From Leucoraja ocellata (lineage: Eukaryota): a stretch of 40,188 nucleotides of DNA. The notes under the pieces were generated by a model that searched no databases, had not been told where the DNA came from, and was given only the letters and a program-made list of their open reading frames with translations. How positions within the stretch are numbered: the first letter of the stretch is position 1; the number at the start of each line of letters is the position of its first letter. The position numbers and the translations under genes were made by a program. Below, piece by piece: positions 22,841 to 34,765 of the stretch. The stretch is taken from positions 5,890,001 to 5,930,188 of the forward strand of contig JAWMAR010000030.1 of the NCBI GenBank assembly GCA_036785375.1, written 5' to 3'.

Positions 22841-24677
22841 GTTGCATATTAAAACAAAGTAACAGGATAAATTACATTTTGTTGTGAAAAGAAGAACATC
22901 AAAAGGTTGAAGGACATCATGAAGTTGACCAAAACAATTTCCTGAACAATAACTGAAACATCATTGCCTGAAAGCAGCTCCACTAAAACTGATTGTTCTT
23001 ATGCATGGTGGCTCAATTTGCTTTCCTGTAATCTGGCAATCAAATTAAAGTTAAATATGGGAGTTGGAACCAAATCAAGCAGTCAGTGTCCTGGCAGCAG
23101 GACAATTAATTGCACAAATTAAGCAGGAGCATAAAAATCAGGTCAGCTGGATAAATGACATGCATGCATCTTTCGAGCCAGCTGCATTAAATGGAAAACC
23201 TTTTTTTTTCAGAATATCTGTGGTGTGTAGGTGTTTAAAGTATTCACAATGGCAATAGTTTATGTTCATATTAATAAGATTCAGATTAATTTCAGTTGGC
23301 AACATTCTGTGGATCAACTGCAAAAAAAACACCTTTAAAAAATCACATTTATGAGGCTTAGCAGTGAAAACAGAGAACTGAAACAAAGGTATAATTGAAC
23401 AAGAAGAAAAATATTATTTTTTGGAGGAGGACTTCACAGAGGATAGTTGCTGTCCTCTGAAATAAATCTTTATTAGCCCAAAGTAAACAGACCTTAATGT
23501 CCAGTTACGGAATGTTCAATGTGTTTACTGAATTCAATCCATGGGAGTGTTCCTTAGCAACTACTGGTTATGAGTGTGTATTGGTTTAGCAAGCCATTGC
23601 AAGACTGTTGCAGAAAGACTGAAAATCGCTTGCTGCGACAAATAATAAGGGTTGAATAAATAGTAGCTAAATACAAGGTCAGCTGAACGTTGACGGAATT
23701 TCAGAATAAAATCGTGTCAGAACCTTCATCTCTCTCTTACGAAGCTGAATAATCGGATTCCTAATCAACAAGGGAGGCAGCATTAAATGTGCATGAAAGG
23801 ACAACCTCATTTAGAATTCTTGCTGTGGGAATGAGTTAGCGTTGGACTAGCACAGAAGATAACCAAAGGTTCAGGTTAAAGTCCACTACACCTATCAAGG
23901 CGGCACACTATATACTTTCACCTTAATGTTGCAGATCCAGTAGTGCTCAATACTGACCTAAAATGTGACAAGGAAGTCCCAATCGTCAATTTTGCAGTCC
24001 AACACAGCAACAATTTGGAGTTTGTTTCTGTCGCATCGGCCCAAGGGCATTTTGACTATTTTAAAGGATTGGATTTAAAAAGGCAAGATATGACTTGATC
24101 GTCGGTAGCCCATGGGATAGCTGCAATTAATAATAAACTGCATTGTCATCACGAGTGCTGGAGTTTGTTACCACCTCTGTTGCAGGCCTCCAGTTGCAAG
24201 GAAGGTGGCTCGATGCAATGTTCCATTGGATAAACTAGTGGACAAGATACTGAGTTCTGCTACTTCTGTGCAAAAATGAATTGACTACAATTACAGGATA
24301 CCAATTGCTGTACAAGCAGAAATATTACAAATAGATTTCCAAACAATTGTTGGGCATTAAAAATCCTTCACCAAAACTCAGTTGGCATGAATTGCTTAAA
24401 ATATATGCATTCACCCATTCCTATCATGTAGCAAACTTTAAAGATAAATTTAATAAAATCATATCTGTTTAATGACAGGTCGCGAAGAAATACTTCAAAG
24501 AAAGAATATTATTTTTAAGACATTCAGCTTCCATTTAGATCAGGATATTTTGGTGATACGCCAGCTCAAATTAATTCTACTCTTCTGGCCCCTGGTTAAT
24601 CCAGGTGAGCGTCAGATGTGACTGCACAAGTTTGACACTGGCCAATCCTTTAAAGTTAATGTAGTATTCCTAATCTG

Positions 24678-25165
24678 CAGGTGGAACACAGCAGGTCAAG
24701 CAGCATCTGTGAGGGGAAATGAACTGTTGACTTTTCAAGTTGAAACTCTGCATCAGGACTAAGAGTGCAGAGGAAAGATAGGTAATATCAAGGAGAGGGG
24801 GAGTGATGAGACAGGAGCCAGTGGGTGATTGTTGGACCAAGGGGGGGGTGAAGGGTGATGGGCCAAACTAGCCAGATAGAGAAGGGTAAAGAGTGGAGTT
24901 GGGAGGCAGACAGAGGTGGATGATAGATGCAGGCAGGCAAGTTCTGGGTCTCGCTTTCCAAAATGTACCGAGATCCACATTCTTCTAGCTCTCTGCTATT
25001 GACCAATCACCCACTGGCCTCTGTCTCATCACTCAACTTCTCCACTTTACACTGGCTATCTTCCTTCTCCATACTTAGTTGTCAAAATGTTGACAATTCC
25101 TTTCCCCCACAGGTGCTGCTCAACTTGCTGAGTTTCTCCAGGTTGTTTGTTGCTCCTGATGCCAG
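24678..25165. mobile_element. Long inverted-repeat Penelope terminal-region element
   Basis: Outer arms CAGCAGGTCAAGCAGCATCTGTGAGGGGAAA / TTTCCCCCACAGGTGCTGCTCAACTTGCTG; inner arms GAGTGATGAGACAGGAGCCAGTGGGTGATTG / CAATCACCCACTGGCCTCTGTCTCATCACTC. Confidence 0.75.
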
Positions 25166-25275
25166 AATTTCTTGTGTCTCCATTCCAAAGACATATTATG
25201 CATTGTTGAGGTCTTAGAATACTATTTTAAAAGAAAGTTGCATTAGTTTATAAAACCGTTACGTTTTCATCTACA

Positions 25276-25583
25276 TCACAGTTTAAGGATAAGGGGGAAA
25301 TCTTTTAGGACCGAGATGAGGAAAACTTTTTTCACACAGAGAGTGGTGAATCTCTGGAATTCTCTGCCGCAAAAGGTAGTTGAGGCCAGTTCATTGGCTA
25401 TATTTAAGAGGGAGTTAGATGTGGCCCTTGTGGCTAAAGGGATCAGGGGGTATGGAGAGAAGGCAGGTACAGGATACCGAGTTGGATGATCAGCCATGAT
25501 CATATTGAATGGCGGTGCAGGCTCGAAGGGCCGAATAGCCTACTCCTGCACCTATTTTCTATGTTCTATGTTTCTATGTTTCT
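25276..25583 (+). mobile_element. CR1-clade LINE 3' end (young; HER1-like)
   Basis: TTTTTCACACAGAGAGTGGTGAATCTCTGGAATTCTCTGCC (FFTQRVVNLWNSLP); GGCTCGAAGGGCCGAATAGCCTACTCC; (TATGTTTC)n tail. Confidence 0.92.
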
Positions 25584-25987
25584 GGGGACTTGAAAGGGAA
25601 TGAAATGAATGCATTCCAACACCGATTCTGATCAATGAGCTCGTCACAGCAAGTAAATGTGTTAACTTGATTACTACAAAAATGCCAAACAACCCACGGA
25701 AGGCACTTGCACACATCCCTTACATTGAAATTATTGTAACAGATTCCTTACAAAGTTATCTTACAAACACAGTCTATCAATAATAATTTTAACGTGGTTG
25801 CACGCATTTTCAAAAGAATTTATCCTGTTTAAATTTTAAAATTCTTGTAATGTAGGGAAAGTGATAACTCCAAGGTCATTTTTAATGATACAACATACAA
25901 GTGTGATATGCCAATTTTTAAATACATTTATCAGAGATCTAAACAAACATTCTGCATTATAATATAAAAGGTTGCAAGCTTTCTTAC

Positions 25988-26121
25988 TGGGAATCTGCTG
26001 CAAATGCACCCAGCTCTTGGCAGCTGCAGATGATTCTTGTTGTAAGGCACTGCTGCTCTTGGACTTGGGAACTGTTTTCCATGAAGGACCAGAAATGGTT
26101 GCTTTCTTAGTGCAAGTTTCC
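25988..26121 (-). CDS. USP54: USP54 coding exon (134 bp): ETCTKKATISGPSWKTVPKSKSSSALQQESSAAAKSWVHLQQIP
   Basis: Translated by hand; matches recalled human PSWRHIPKSHSSSIL. Acceptor TTTGAAG, donor GTAAGA; phase 2/1 restores the frame between the neighbouring exons. Confidence 0.88.
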
Positions 26122-26229
26122 CTTCAAACAAAAGACACGTAGCAACACAGAAATCAGCATTTATTGTGAACACTTGCTTCCCTTCAAACAGAAAGCACAA
26201 AAGCAACAGTGAAATCAACATTTATTGTA
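26118..26229. repeat. Two-copy tandem duplication, period about 60 bp, spanning a USP54 splice acceptor
   Basis: TTCCCTTCAAACA at 26118 and 26178; AGCAACA..GAAATCA(G/A)CATTTATTGT in both copies. Confidence 0.85.
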
Positions 26230-26533
26230 AGGCAACAGAAATATCCAAATGAGCAACAGGGTATATCAATTTCTGCATTGATAAAACAGAAAAATAAATA
26301 CATTGAGATATTTTCCTTAGCAAGGGTCATAAAAAGGAGAACAATGTATTTTCACATCTAATATGAGGTTCTACGCCCAATCAATTTTACTGGATTTTGT
26401 TTTAATTTCTCTATTAAAAGCAATGATATTATAGAAAATTAAGTAATAAAATATTGTTATAAGTAACTTCCTGATATATAACATTTCAAGCTCTCAAGCT
26501 CACGAGATACGTTAAATAAATAAGATAATTTAC

Positions 26534-27227
26534 CTGAAAGGATTGACAGCGGAATTCTGCACTCCACCTGGGAGCCCATCAGAAACAGACGTATCCAAAC
26601 TTACTGGACTGTTACTGTTGCGTTCACTGCTCTCGTAGCCAGATTCCATTCTCTGAATAAAACGTTCACTTTCTCCCAAACTTTGGATAGTAACTTGTTG
26701 CATGCCTTTGCCTAAACACCCAGTCTTCTCATATTTGTCGTTATTATTAATCTGAATGTCTTTTCCTTCATTTTTTGAATTGTCTAATGTCAAAGGAGCA
26801 CTTCCAACTCCTATTGAACTTTCAGTCTTATTGTGGTTAGAATCTTTAGCACCGTCTTCAGACAATGAAGCCATTTGTGGACTGGAGCCAGGCTTTTTTC
26901 TCTCTTTTGTGAAGATACTATCAATATTAAGAACCTCGCGTTTAGGTTTCCACAGGTAAGTCTTCGATCTGCTCGATGAACTTGATTTGGATTCACCACT
27001 CGTGCTCTCCATTTCCCAGTCTCGTGAGCGTCCAATTGACATTCGGAAATTTCCGTTATCTACAGAGTCCACCAATTTTGCAGGAATGGGTTTGTTGTTG
27101 CCCTGGTCTTGATTATGCAACGGTCGGTTATGAATAATGTTGCTCACAGTTTCTTTGAAGTCCTTCAATCGACTCGTAGCAGGTTTCGGTCCAGTTCTTG
27201 GGGCTTGTTTCTCTTTCAATGTTTCGC
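26534..27227 (-). CDS. USP54: USP54 coding exon (694 bp): ETLKEKQAPR...RMESGYESSERNSNSPVSLD...NPFR
   Basis: Overlaps ORF 26530..27252. Acceptor TTGTAG, donor GTAAAT; phase 1/2. Confidence 0.94.
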
Positions 27228-27383
27228 CTACAATTTTGGACATAAAGGACACAAAAGACTATAAAGCTTGCACAAGAGCAACAACTTCATTGTACACAAG
27301 CACACACAGCCACACCCATACCAATCTGCACTTCCAGGTTCATGACATTTCTGCAATGGCTCAAGTTAGATTTCCTTCCTCAC

Positions 27384-27539
27384 CTTCACTGTGATAACCA
27401 CAAATGGGAATTTCATCTGACTTCTCTGGTTTCCCGCGATTGTCAGGGCGCCTAGGTCGGCTGGAACTTCGCCTTCTATCCACAGAAATCCCTTTTTTGA
27501 AAGGAGGTCGTTGGTTAGATTCACTGTCTGTATGATGTC
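27384..27539 (-). CDS. USP54: USP54 coding exon (156 bp): GHHTDSESNQRPPFKKG...DEIPICGYHSEG
   Basis: Translated by hand; matches recalled human GHLTDSECNQ...GYHSEG. Acceptor TTTTGTCCCAG, donor GTGAGG; phase 1/1. Confidence 0.92.
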
Positions 27540-29074
27540 CTGGGACAAAATATCAATTTCTTAACATAAAATGAATTTTAATTTTAAGAAAATATGGCAC
27601 AGCCCAGTAAATGGGACATTGCAAGTCACTGCATATTCAAAAAGGCAGAAATTTTCTGTAGACCTACTTTAAAAATAAATCTCTATATTGAATGCTCACC
27701 AGTCCACAGATCTTGCATCATATTCACAAAGGAAAGCTGAAATAGACAGTCTGTTCTGAGCCTAGACTGTCTTTAACTGACTGGTTGACACAGTGGTGCC
27801 AACACTTTGTGATATTACCCATGATCCATAGTATAACACCAGTTATTATCAAGCAACAGCTTGTAGCTGACTGTAATTATGCTGCAGTCAGTGACTTCAT
27901 TATTCCAATCCTGTATAGAAATTTCCTCCCTATGTTAAAATATATATTTTCACAGCATTATGTCATTTATATGCTCAAGCTATTTTCCAAACCCCAAACA
28001 TGTAGTACCAAACTGCATAAAGGACCTTTATCTATCATCCCCTTCCTATTCTTGCATTTATCTTGCATGTGCAGTTCAACCAGTGGAAAAAATAAACCCC
28101 TCACTGAAATTATTTCTTAAACACCCAGCTGTGGGGAACTATGCAGGCTATTACAATTGCGCATTGAATGGTAGTTTATGAATTATTTCTTTCTGAAAAA
28201 CAAAATTATTTCCAGTAAAAAATCTGGATGTGTCAACATTTTTATTTTAAAAGGAAGATTATTTACATTATAAAATTTATAATTATAATTTACAATATAA
28301 CTTTATAATTGTACAAAGTATAATTTTTTTTTACATTATAAAAGCTAGGCATGAAACTTAAACATCCAACTCACACCACAAAAATTGAGAGATTGCTTTT
28401 CCTAAACCTTATTCATTGTTGTTTCTGTGTCTTGAACTCTATCACACATTCGACCAAATGATGTTCTGCTTTATTGTTCAGCTCGGTGCATTTAGCCTCA
28501 TTTGCTCACATCCCCACAGCTTTTGTAGTTCTTCCTGCTCATGTACTTTGCTCGCCATCCTCCAATTCCAACAATTGTCAACCATCTCTCAGCTCACCAT
28601 CCCCAGCTCTCTATCTATATCTTCCCTACTACAGCCCTTTCTAGTTTTGTTACATGGACCACTGCACCATAAAATCCCATCCAATCCAATATTCTCACCT
28701 TCTCCAATTTCCACCTCCAAAGTTCCTTTTTCTCCACCTTTCCAACTCATTTTTATAAACTTAGTTTCCCCAAAAACCCTAACTTCCCTTTTAAATTCAT
28801 ATTATTCTTTTAAGTATGCAGTAAGCACACACAGGTTACTTTCTGCACTGCTTGCATTGCGTAAAGGTTAATAACTTTCAGCATTCAGAAATACTGAACC
28901 TATTTTGCATACCTAAAATGGCATACAATTTACTTCTCAGGAGTGTTTAGAAAAGAAAGCAGCTCAAGGATCAAAGGGATTTCTAGAATTCACTTACATG
29001 TTGGTAGAATGGGATGGGTGTAAAAGTTCATGATTCACCCATATTTTGTACACATTGAATATAGACATACTGTA

Positions 29075-29278
29075 GAATAATATAGCACAGGAATATGCCT
29101 TTCAACACAAGATACCTTAACGATCAAGCCAATTTAAACTAATTCAATCTACCAGCACAATTTATATTCCTCCAACTTCTGCTATTTAAGTGTGTGTCTA
29201 AATGCCTCTTAAATGTTGCCATCTTATATACTTCCACCACCTTCCCTGGCACTGTATTCCAGGCCTCTATTGCCCTTG
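29075..29278 (-). mobile_element. CR1-clade LINE 3' fragment
   Basis: Tail of ORF 29139..29714: RAIEAWNTVPGKVVEV..MATFKRHLDTHLN. Confidence 0.75.
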
Positions 29279-29340
29279 GTTGTGGGGGGCCTGCAAATTG
29301 CCATCTTGGCCTGGCCCAGGAGCAAACCAACAGGGAGATT

Positions 29341-29431
29341 CCTCCCCTCCTCTCCCTCCTCTCCCTCCTCTCCCTCCCTCCTCTCCCTCCTCTCCCTCCT
29401 CTCCCTCCTCTCCCTCCTCTCCCTCCTCTCC
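29341..29431. repeat. (CCTCTCCCT)n 9-bp pyrimidine-only minisatellite, about 10 units
   Basis: Read directly; accounts for the low-complexity ORFs at this position. Confidence 0.95.
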
Positions 29432-29697
29432 AATCAGCCCTGAGAGTCAATTGTGATTGGAGCACAGTGAGTGGCATTGTGACATCATCATTTGAAGCTG
29501 CTGGAAAAAGACTCTGTGAGAAGCATTTTTTGGTTTTTTTATACTTTAATCGCGAATAACTTTTGAAATAGAGCATGAAATCTGTGGTGTACCTGATGAG
29601 ATCATGGAGGGGAGAAATGGAAGTAGGAACATGTAAAAGTTTAAGCATTCGAGCATATTGTTTTGAGGAAGATACATTGCATACAGACAGACAAGCG

Positions 29698-29718
29698 CAC
29701 ACACACACACACACACAA
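29698..29718. repeat. (CA)n microsatellite
   Basis: CACACACACACACACACACA read directly. Confidence 0.9.
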
Positions 29719-29914
29719 GATCAGACTTTTATAGGTATAGAGATGTTAAGCTTACATTCGACTCCCCAAAATGCAACATCTCACACTTGTTTGGATTAAA
29801 TTCCATAATCTCCACATTCTCCCCACTTTCCCATTAATGCCCCCTCAAATTCTACTTCTTACCTCCAAATTAGGAGGAGCAATTTATAGCATCCAGTTAA
29901 TGCACTCATTTACA

Positions 29915-30070
29915 AGTCTCTAAAATGCAGGAAGAAACAGGAGCACCTGGGAAAACCAACGTGCTCACAGGGAGAATATACAAACTGCACACTGACAGCA
30001 CAAGAGGCCATGATTGAAACTAATTTGCAGGAGCAGTAAGGAAACAGTTCTATTGGCTGCCATTTACTGC
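29915..30070 (-). mobile_element. Degenerate V-SINE/HE1-like fragment
   Basis: Reverse complement TGCTGTCAGTGTGCAGTTTGTATATTCTCCCTGTGAGCACGTTGGTTTTCCCAGGTGCTCCTGTTTCTTCC matches the body of the SINE at 38234. Confidence 0.7.
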
Positions 30071-30339
30071 AGCCAATAGAACTGAAATAAATCCCTTTCA
30101 TCAGATGTTCTCAGAAAATATTCTAATTCCCTACTTAAAGGTTCACATGTGGGGCCAAAAATTAATCAATATTGAATAATTAAATCTTTCTTTTCAGATT
30201 TTGTCTCACCAATTGTAAAATTAATTTTTTGAAAATGACAACCACAAAGTCTTAATTAACTCCATTATGCTGGGTTCTGCCATACCACGGACTGATTTTC
30301 AATTCTTGGAGTCACCAATCGTTTTACAATTTATAGTAC

Positions 30340-30510
30340 CTGTATCCCTGCTGCTTTGAGAAGCTGTGTCGTTTTCCATGTTGCAAATCACTGTACCCTG
30401 TGAATCAGATGAGAAATGGCTGACCATAGACTCTTGATGACTGTGCTTGTAATGGTAGCTCTCATTCGAAGAATCTGTTCTGCTGTCACTGGATATAGAT
30501 GGCTCCCTTC
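30340..30510 (-). CDS. USP54: USP54 coding exon (171 bp): [15 protein letters not shown]...SQSSRDTG
   Basis: Overlaps ORF 30299..30532. Acceptor TTTTACAG, donor GTACTA; phase 1/1. Confidence 0.94.
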
Positions 30511-32174
30511 CTGTAAAACCCCATAAAAACAAGTCTGAAAGACCATCTACACCACATCATATGTTCTAGACAACCACACCTGCCATCTAAATGGGTATTG
30601 GTGTGCCCAGTTTGGGTAAAGACATGTGTATGAGTGACATGCACGCCAGTATTTTCACTTTACACCAGAAAGGTTCCTGTGAATCATCTCACAATTGAAT
30701 ATGTTAATTGAACAGAAAACTCAATGACTTTTAATTAAATGCTCCATATAAATTTTTAACAAGCAGTTTTAAAAACAGACTATGCCAGTCTCCATTTAAC
30801 TAGACATTGTTTCCAAGGTAAACAAATAAATGCTGTCAAGCAAGTGCAAAGAAAATTTGTGTTTTTAGTCTGAATACATGGTTTTGCATTCTGACTCGAA
30901 ATGACACCCAGTGAAGAACTAATGAGCCGCAATTGGAGCTAGTAACTGAACAAATCCTCACATGCTTTCAATCCTTTCCATCTATAGCCCCAAACCCAAC
31001 ACCAAATTAAGTTCCAGACATGCAGCTGCCCACTGCACCCATATATCATTTGCAAGATAGTCACTCCTATTTAATTTATACTCACTAACAATTAGGCGTA
31101 GTTCCAATGTTTTCTTCAGCAAAATGTCTTTGGAGGAAAAAAGCAGGAATTCCATCCAGAAGCACAGACCAAAAAGACAGCCCAAGCAGCTTAACCGAGT
31201 TCTGCTAACACTCAAAAAACTGGAAACAAATCCTCAATGCTCACCTTCGTAGTAAACTGAGCAGTGCATTTACCAACGTTGCTTTTCTTTGTTGGTAATT
31301 AGCCCCAAATGGATAGATCACACCTGGATAATTTGCAAAATCTACAGTAATTGTAGATACTGTCACAGTTGTATAGGAACAAGTTGCAGAGCAAAGGATT
31401 TTAGCACCTCTGGCAATTATCCAGTGCATTGGGCAGTAACTTCAAGACTGTTTTATTGTCATATGTCCCAAACTTAAAACTGGGCCATTTATGGCTGAAA
31501 ACATATAAGGTTTTAAACATCTATGACAGTGGGCACCCCAGAAAAATACACATATGGCTGAGGATAGCAGCAAATGCCTGCTAGACTCCTCTGGACTAAG
31601 AAAAGTATGGTTCAAGAAGACTCCTCCACCCCATAAATTGCACATTGTCCATCTCTGTTTATAACTCAATGTGCTAGGACAGCATCACGATCAAAACCCT
31701 CTAAATGGAGACTTCATAACATAACATTTTGAATCAAAGAATGAATGGATACAGTGATTTAAAAGCATCGAAGCAAAACATACAATACACTGCTTGCATC
31801 CTGCAACTGCGCTACAGCTTTTCAACCTCAATCTAGATGATGCAAGGAAAACAAAATAGAAGCAACCTCACATTGAAATTGTAATTGAACCTCAAATTCA
31901 AGTGTAATTTTACTCAAAAAATTCTGAAACACAATTATGTAAAATGCTGGTAGCAATCTGTCAGAGCTTTGCTGACGAATTGCCTGAAGGAACATTCTAC
32001 TGAACTGGCATTGAACTGGGGATGGAATGCAAAAAGTTTAATCAAATAAATTAAATTGAACTCTTTCAATTCTATTGAAGCAAAATAAGATGCTCATACA
32101 GACTCTTTACTCAATCTGTTCACAATCAAATTCAGAGATACTAAATAAACCATGAATATAAAAACCATAATTAC

Positions 32175-32340
32175 CTGAATCTTCACTATCATAACAAGTT
32201 CGGCTGTACTGATGGGTGTCTGCTACGGGTAGATCTTGTGCAGATACAGGAGTGCCTCTTGGATCTGCATACAAAAGTAGTAATGGCTGATAATGGCTCT
32301 TAATGCATCTGGTCACAACGTCCTTCCACTTGGGTCCAAT
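32175..32340 (-). CDS. USP54: USP54 coding exon (166 bp), end of USP domain: [29 protein letters not shown]...CYDSEDS
   Basis: Overlaps ORF 32107..32316. Acceptor TTTAG, donor GTAATT; phase 0/1. Confidence 0.95.
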
Positions 32341-33151
32341 CTAAATTGGAAACATTTAGAATTACGACACTGATTATCACTATACAATTTCTACTGCATC
32401 ATCAGCAGTTAAAGTATCAATTGTCTTTAAACTAGATTTCTCAAATCAAATCAACATAGACATGGCCTTCTTAAATTGTAAATTGTGCTCAGCCTTGTTA
32501 CATGCAAACTTATTTGTAGCTAAGTGTGGTGAGGAAACTGAAGCTGTTTTATTCTGCAACAGTAGCAATCCAAAAACATCTATCTGATTGCATTGTGATC
32601 TGGGTTCTGGGAGAGAGACCTTTAATGAAAGAGAACAGGAAGCAGCACTTTGCTCATTTGGCAATCTGAACTTGGAACAGAATGCAGTGTTGAGGTGGAG
32701 AATGCACAAGTTACATACAAACAGTAAGAAAGGCTGCAATGTTACAGGCAAATTTGGATAACACTGCATATCTTAACATTTGTGACACTGCTCTGAATTG
32801 GACATTGTTGTTCGTAGAATTGCTGTTCTGACATCTCCACATTTAAAAGCTGCGTGGTCTCTTTAAAGAAAACCAAATTCAGAGTCTGGGGTATGTTTTT
32901 TTTTGAAAGATTCATTCAGATATGACAGTCAGAATACCCCAGTTCAAAACACCATTCTAAACCAAGTATGGAGGAAGCAAAGACATGAGCTAAGCATTAA
33001 AAATAATGCATATGAAATGGCTGTCAACATTATTCATGTGCTCATATTATTGCCTACCCTGAAGCAATCAGCCACTGAGGCCAGAAATAAGAATAACTCT
33101 TGGACTAGATTGCAGTGACAAGATGTGATATTTTAGGAAAAGATCACCTAC

Positions 33152-33301
33152 CTCTTTCACATGAGCATCATCAAAATACATCCATTTGCGAATTTTTGTT
33201 TGGAGGAAGAAGGTAGAATAGTGTTTTCCATAGTAACACACCATGCCGACCAAATAAAGCTCTGTATGCTTAGCTTTGTCATCCGTCACTCGATAGAATA
33301 G
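33152..33301 (-). CDS. USP54: USP54 coding exon (150 bp), His/Asp box: [50 protein letters not shown]
   Basis: Overlaps ORF 33068..33289. Acceptor TTTGACAG, donor GTAGGT; phase 0/0. Confidence 0.96.
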
Positions 33302-34571
33302 CTGTCAAATAAAAGGATATCCTTTGGCGCATGGAATTGTGACAGGCTATTTTTAAACCAGCCTCAGTTAACCACATTGAGAAAATTTCAAGTCATATTT
33401 TAAGTCAAGTTAATATCATGTTTTTTTTTAAGAAAACAAAGTGGTGTTCCTTATCAACAAGTTAAAGCTGCAAATATTGCTTAAATTATTTGAAGTCAAA
33501 CGAATTAGCCAGTTGCGTACAAATCAATGTGTACAGTGAAACCACATGGTGCTCTATTTGCTCTAGATGTGATCTTGTTAAATATGACGCCATATTATAT
33601 GTAAAAAGTTGTGCACGTTTTGGCAAAAGGATTTATCAGACATTATCAATTAATGAATTGTAACACACGTACATATATATATATATTGCAATGAAGAAAC
33701 ATTCCTTATTCCTTAAGAGGGAGAAGGAGGAGGGGGGAGGGAGGGGATAGCTGGAAATAAGTCGTCAAATCTGCAGTTAATAGTACATTTTTGTTATCTT
33801 TGGTATAGCATTGTTTTTCAAGTGTCTTAAAAGCCACAACAATCCCCACAAAAACATAGGCAGCTTTCTAGTTAATATCTAGTTTAATTCTAAAGATATC
33901 ACCATCTTCGGCGTTGTTAACACTGGTTCTTTTATCAATCGTAATGAAACCTTAAAGGACTGGGGTCTTTCTGGTCTCACCCTGCCTCAGATGTGAAGGG
34001 CCGTTTTTGCTGACTGCTTTAACATGGAATCAGGCAGCAAGATCCTCGCAGCGATAAAGCCTGACATTGTAAAAAGGCCTGGCCCACAGTTTAGCAGCTT
34101 TTAGCGCAAACAAATATAAGGGTACGTCTTCGTTCTGTGCAAGTCACTAATTGATATTTGTACCTTTTATATATTCTAACATTTTAAAAATTATGAAAAT
34201 GAAGCAAATAATTACATTTTTTTTAAATAAGGTTAATTCAAAACACACTAAAACAGTAAACTAATGTAAATTAATTTTGATAATTCACCTTTCTCTTTGT
34301 TTCCTAATCTGCAGGCAAAGATGAATGTGGTCTCTGATCCTATTCCATGACTGGCCTATATTTGAACCAAAGGGTGATTTTCCAAGTGCAATGCTAGGGA
34401 ATCTCAGCAAGACTGGATTCTACTGGTACCATTCATGGAAAATCCAGCCATGGAGCGTCATGACAACTGCAATGCCATCCGTCACTAAGTAAATCTAAGA
34501 CTGTTAATGGGTTTCTGTCATTGGAATGGCTGAAATGCTAGCGCTTCCAAAGATTCATCATAATATGGAGA

Positions 34572-34765
34572 CACATGGAACTGCAGATGTTGGAATCTTT
34601 AGTAAAACACAACGTGTTGGAGCAAGTCAGCGGGTCTGTGGAGGGAATGGGTAGGCAACGTTTCAGGTCAGGACCCTTCTGGTTATAACCCAAAACATCA
34701 GCTATACATTCCTTCCACAGATGCTGCCTGAACCATTGAGTTTCTTCAGTACTTTGTGTTTCACT
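34572..34765. mobile_element. Palindromic Penelope terminal-repeat element
   Basis: Arms TCTGTGGAGGGAATG / CATTCCTTCCACAGA and AAACACAACGTGTTGGAGCAAGTCAG / TGAGTTTCTTCAGTACTTTGTGTTT; minus-strand GAAGGGTCCTGACCTGAAACGTT. Confidence 0.78.

Noticed and set aside
28416-28871. 151-aa plus-strand ORF
   Set aside because: Pyrimidine-rich intronic sequence antisense to USP54, with no domain or splice support.
29139-29714. RGG-, ER- or PPL-repeat ORFs
   Set aside because: Artefacts of the stop-free 9-bp minisatellite joined to a CR1 fragment.
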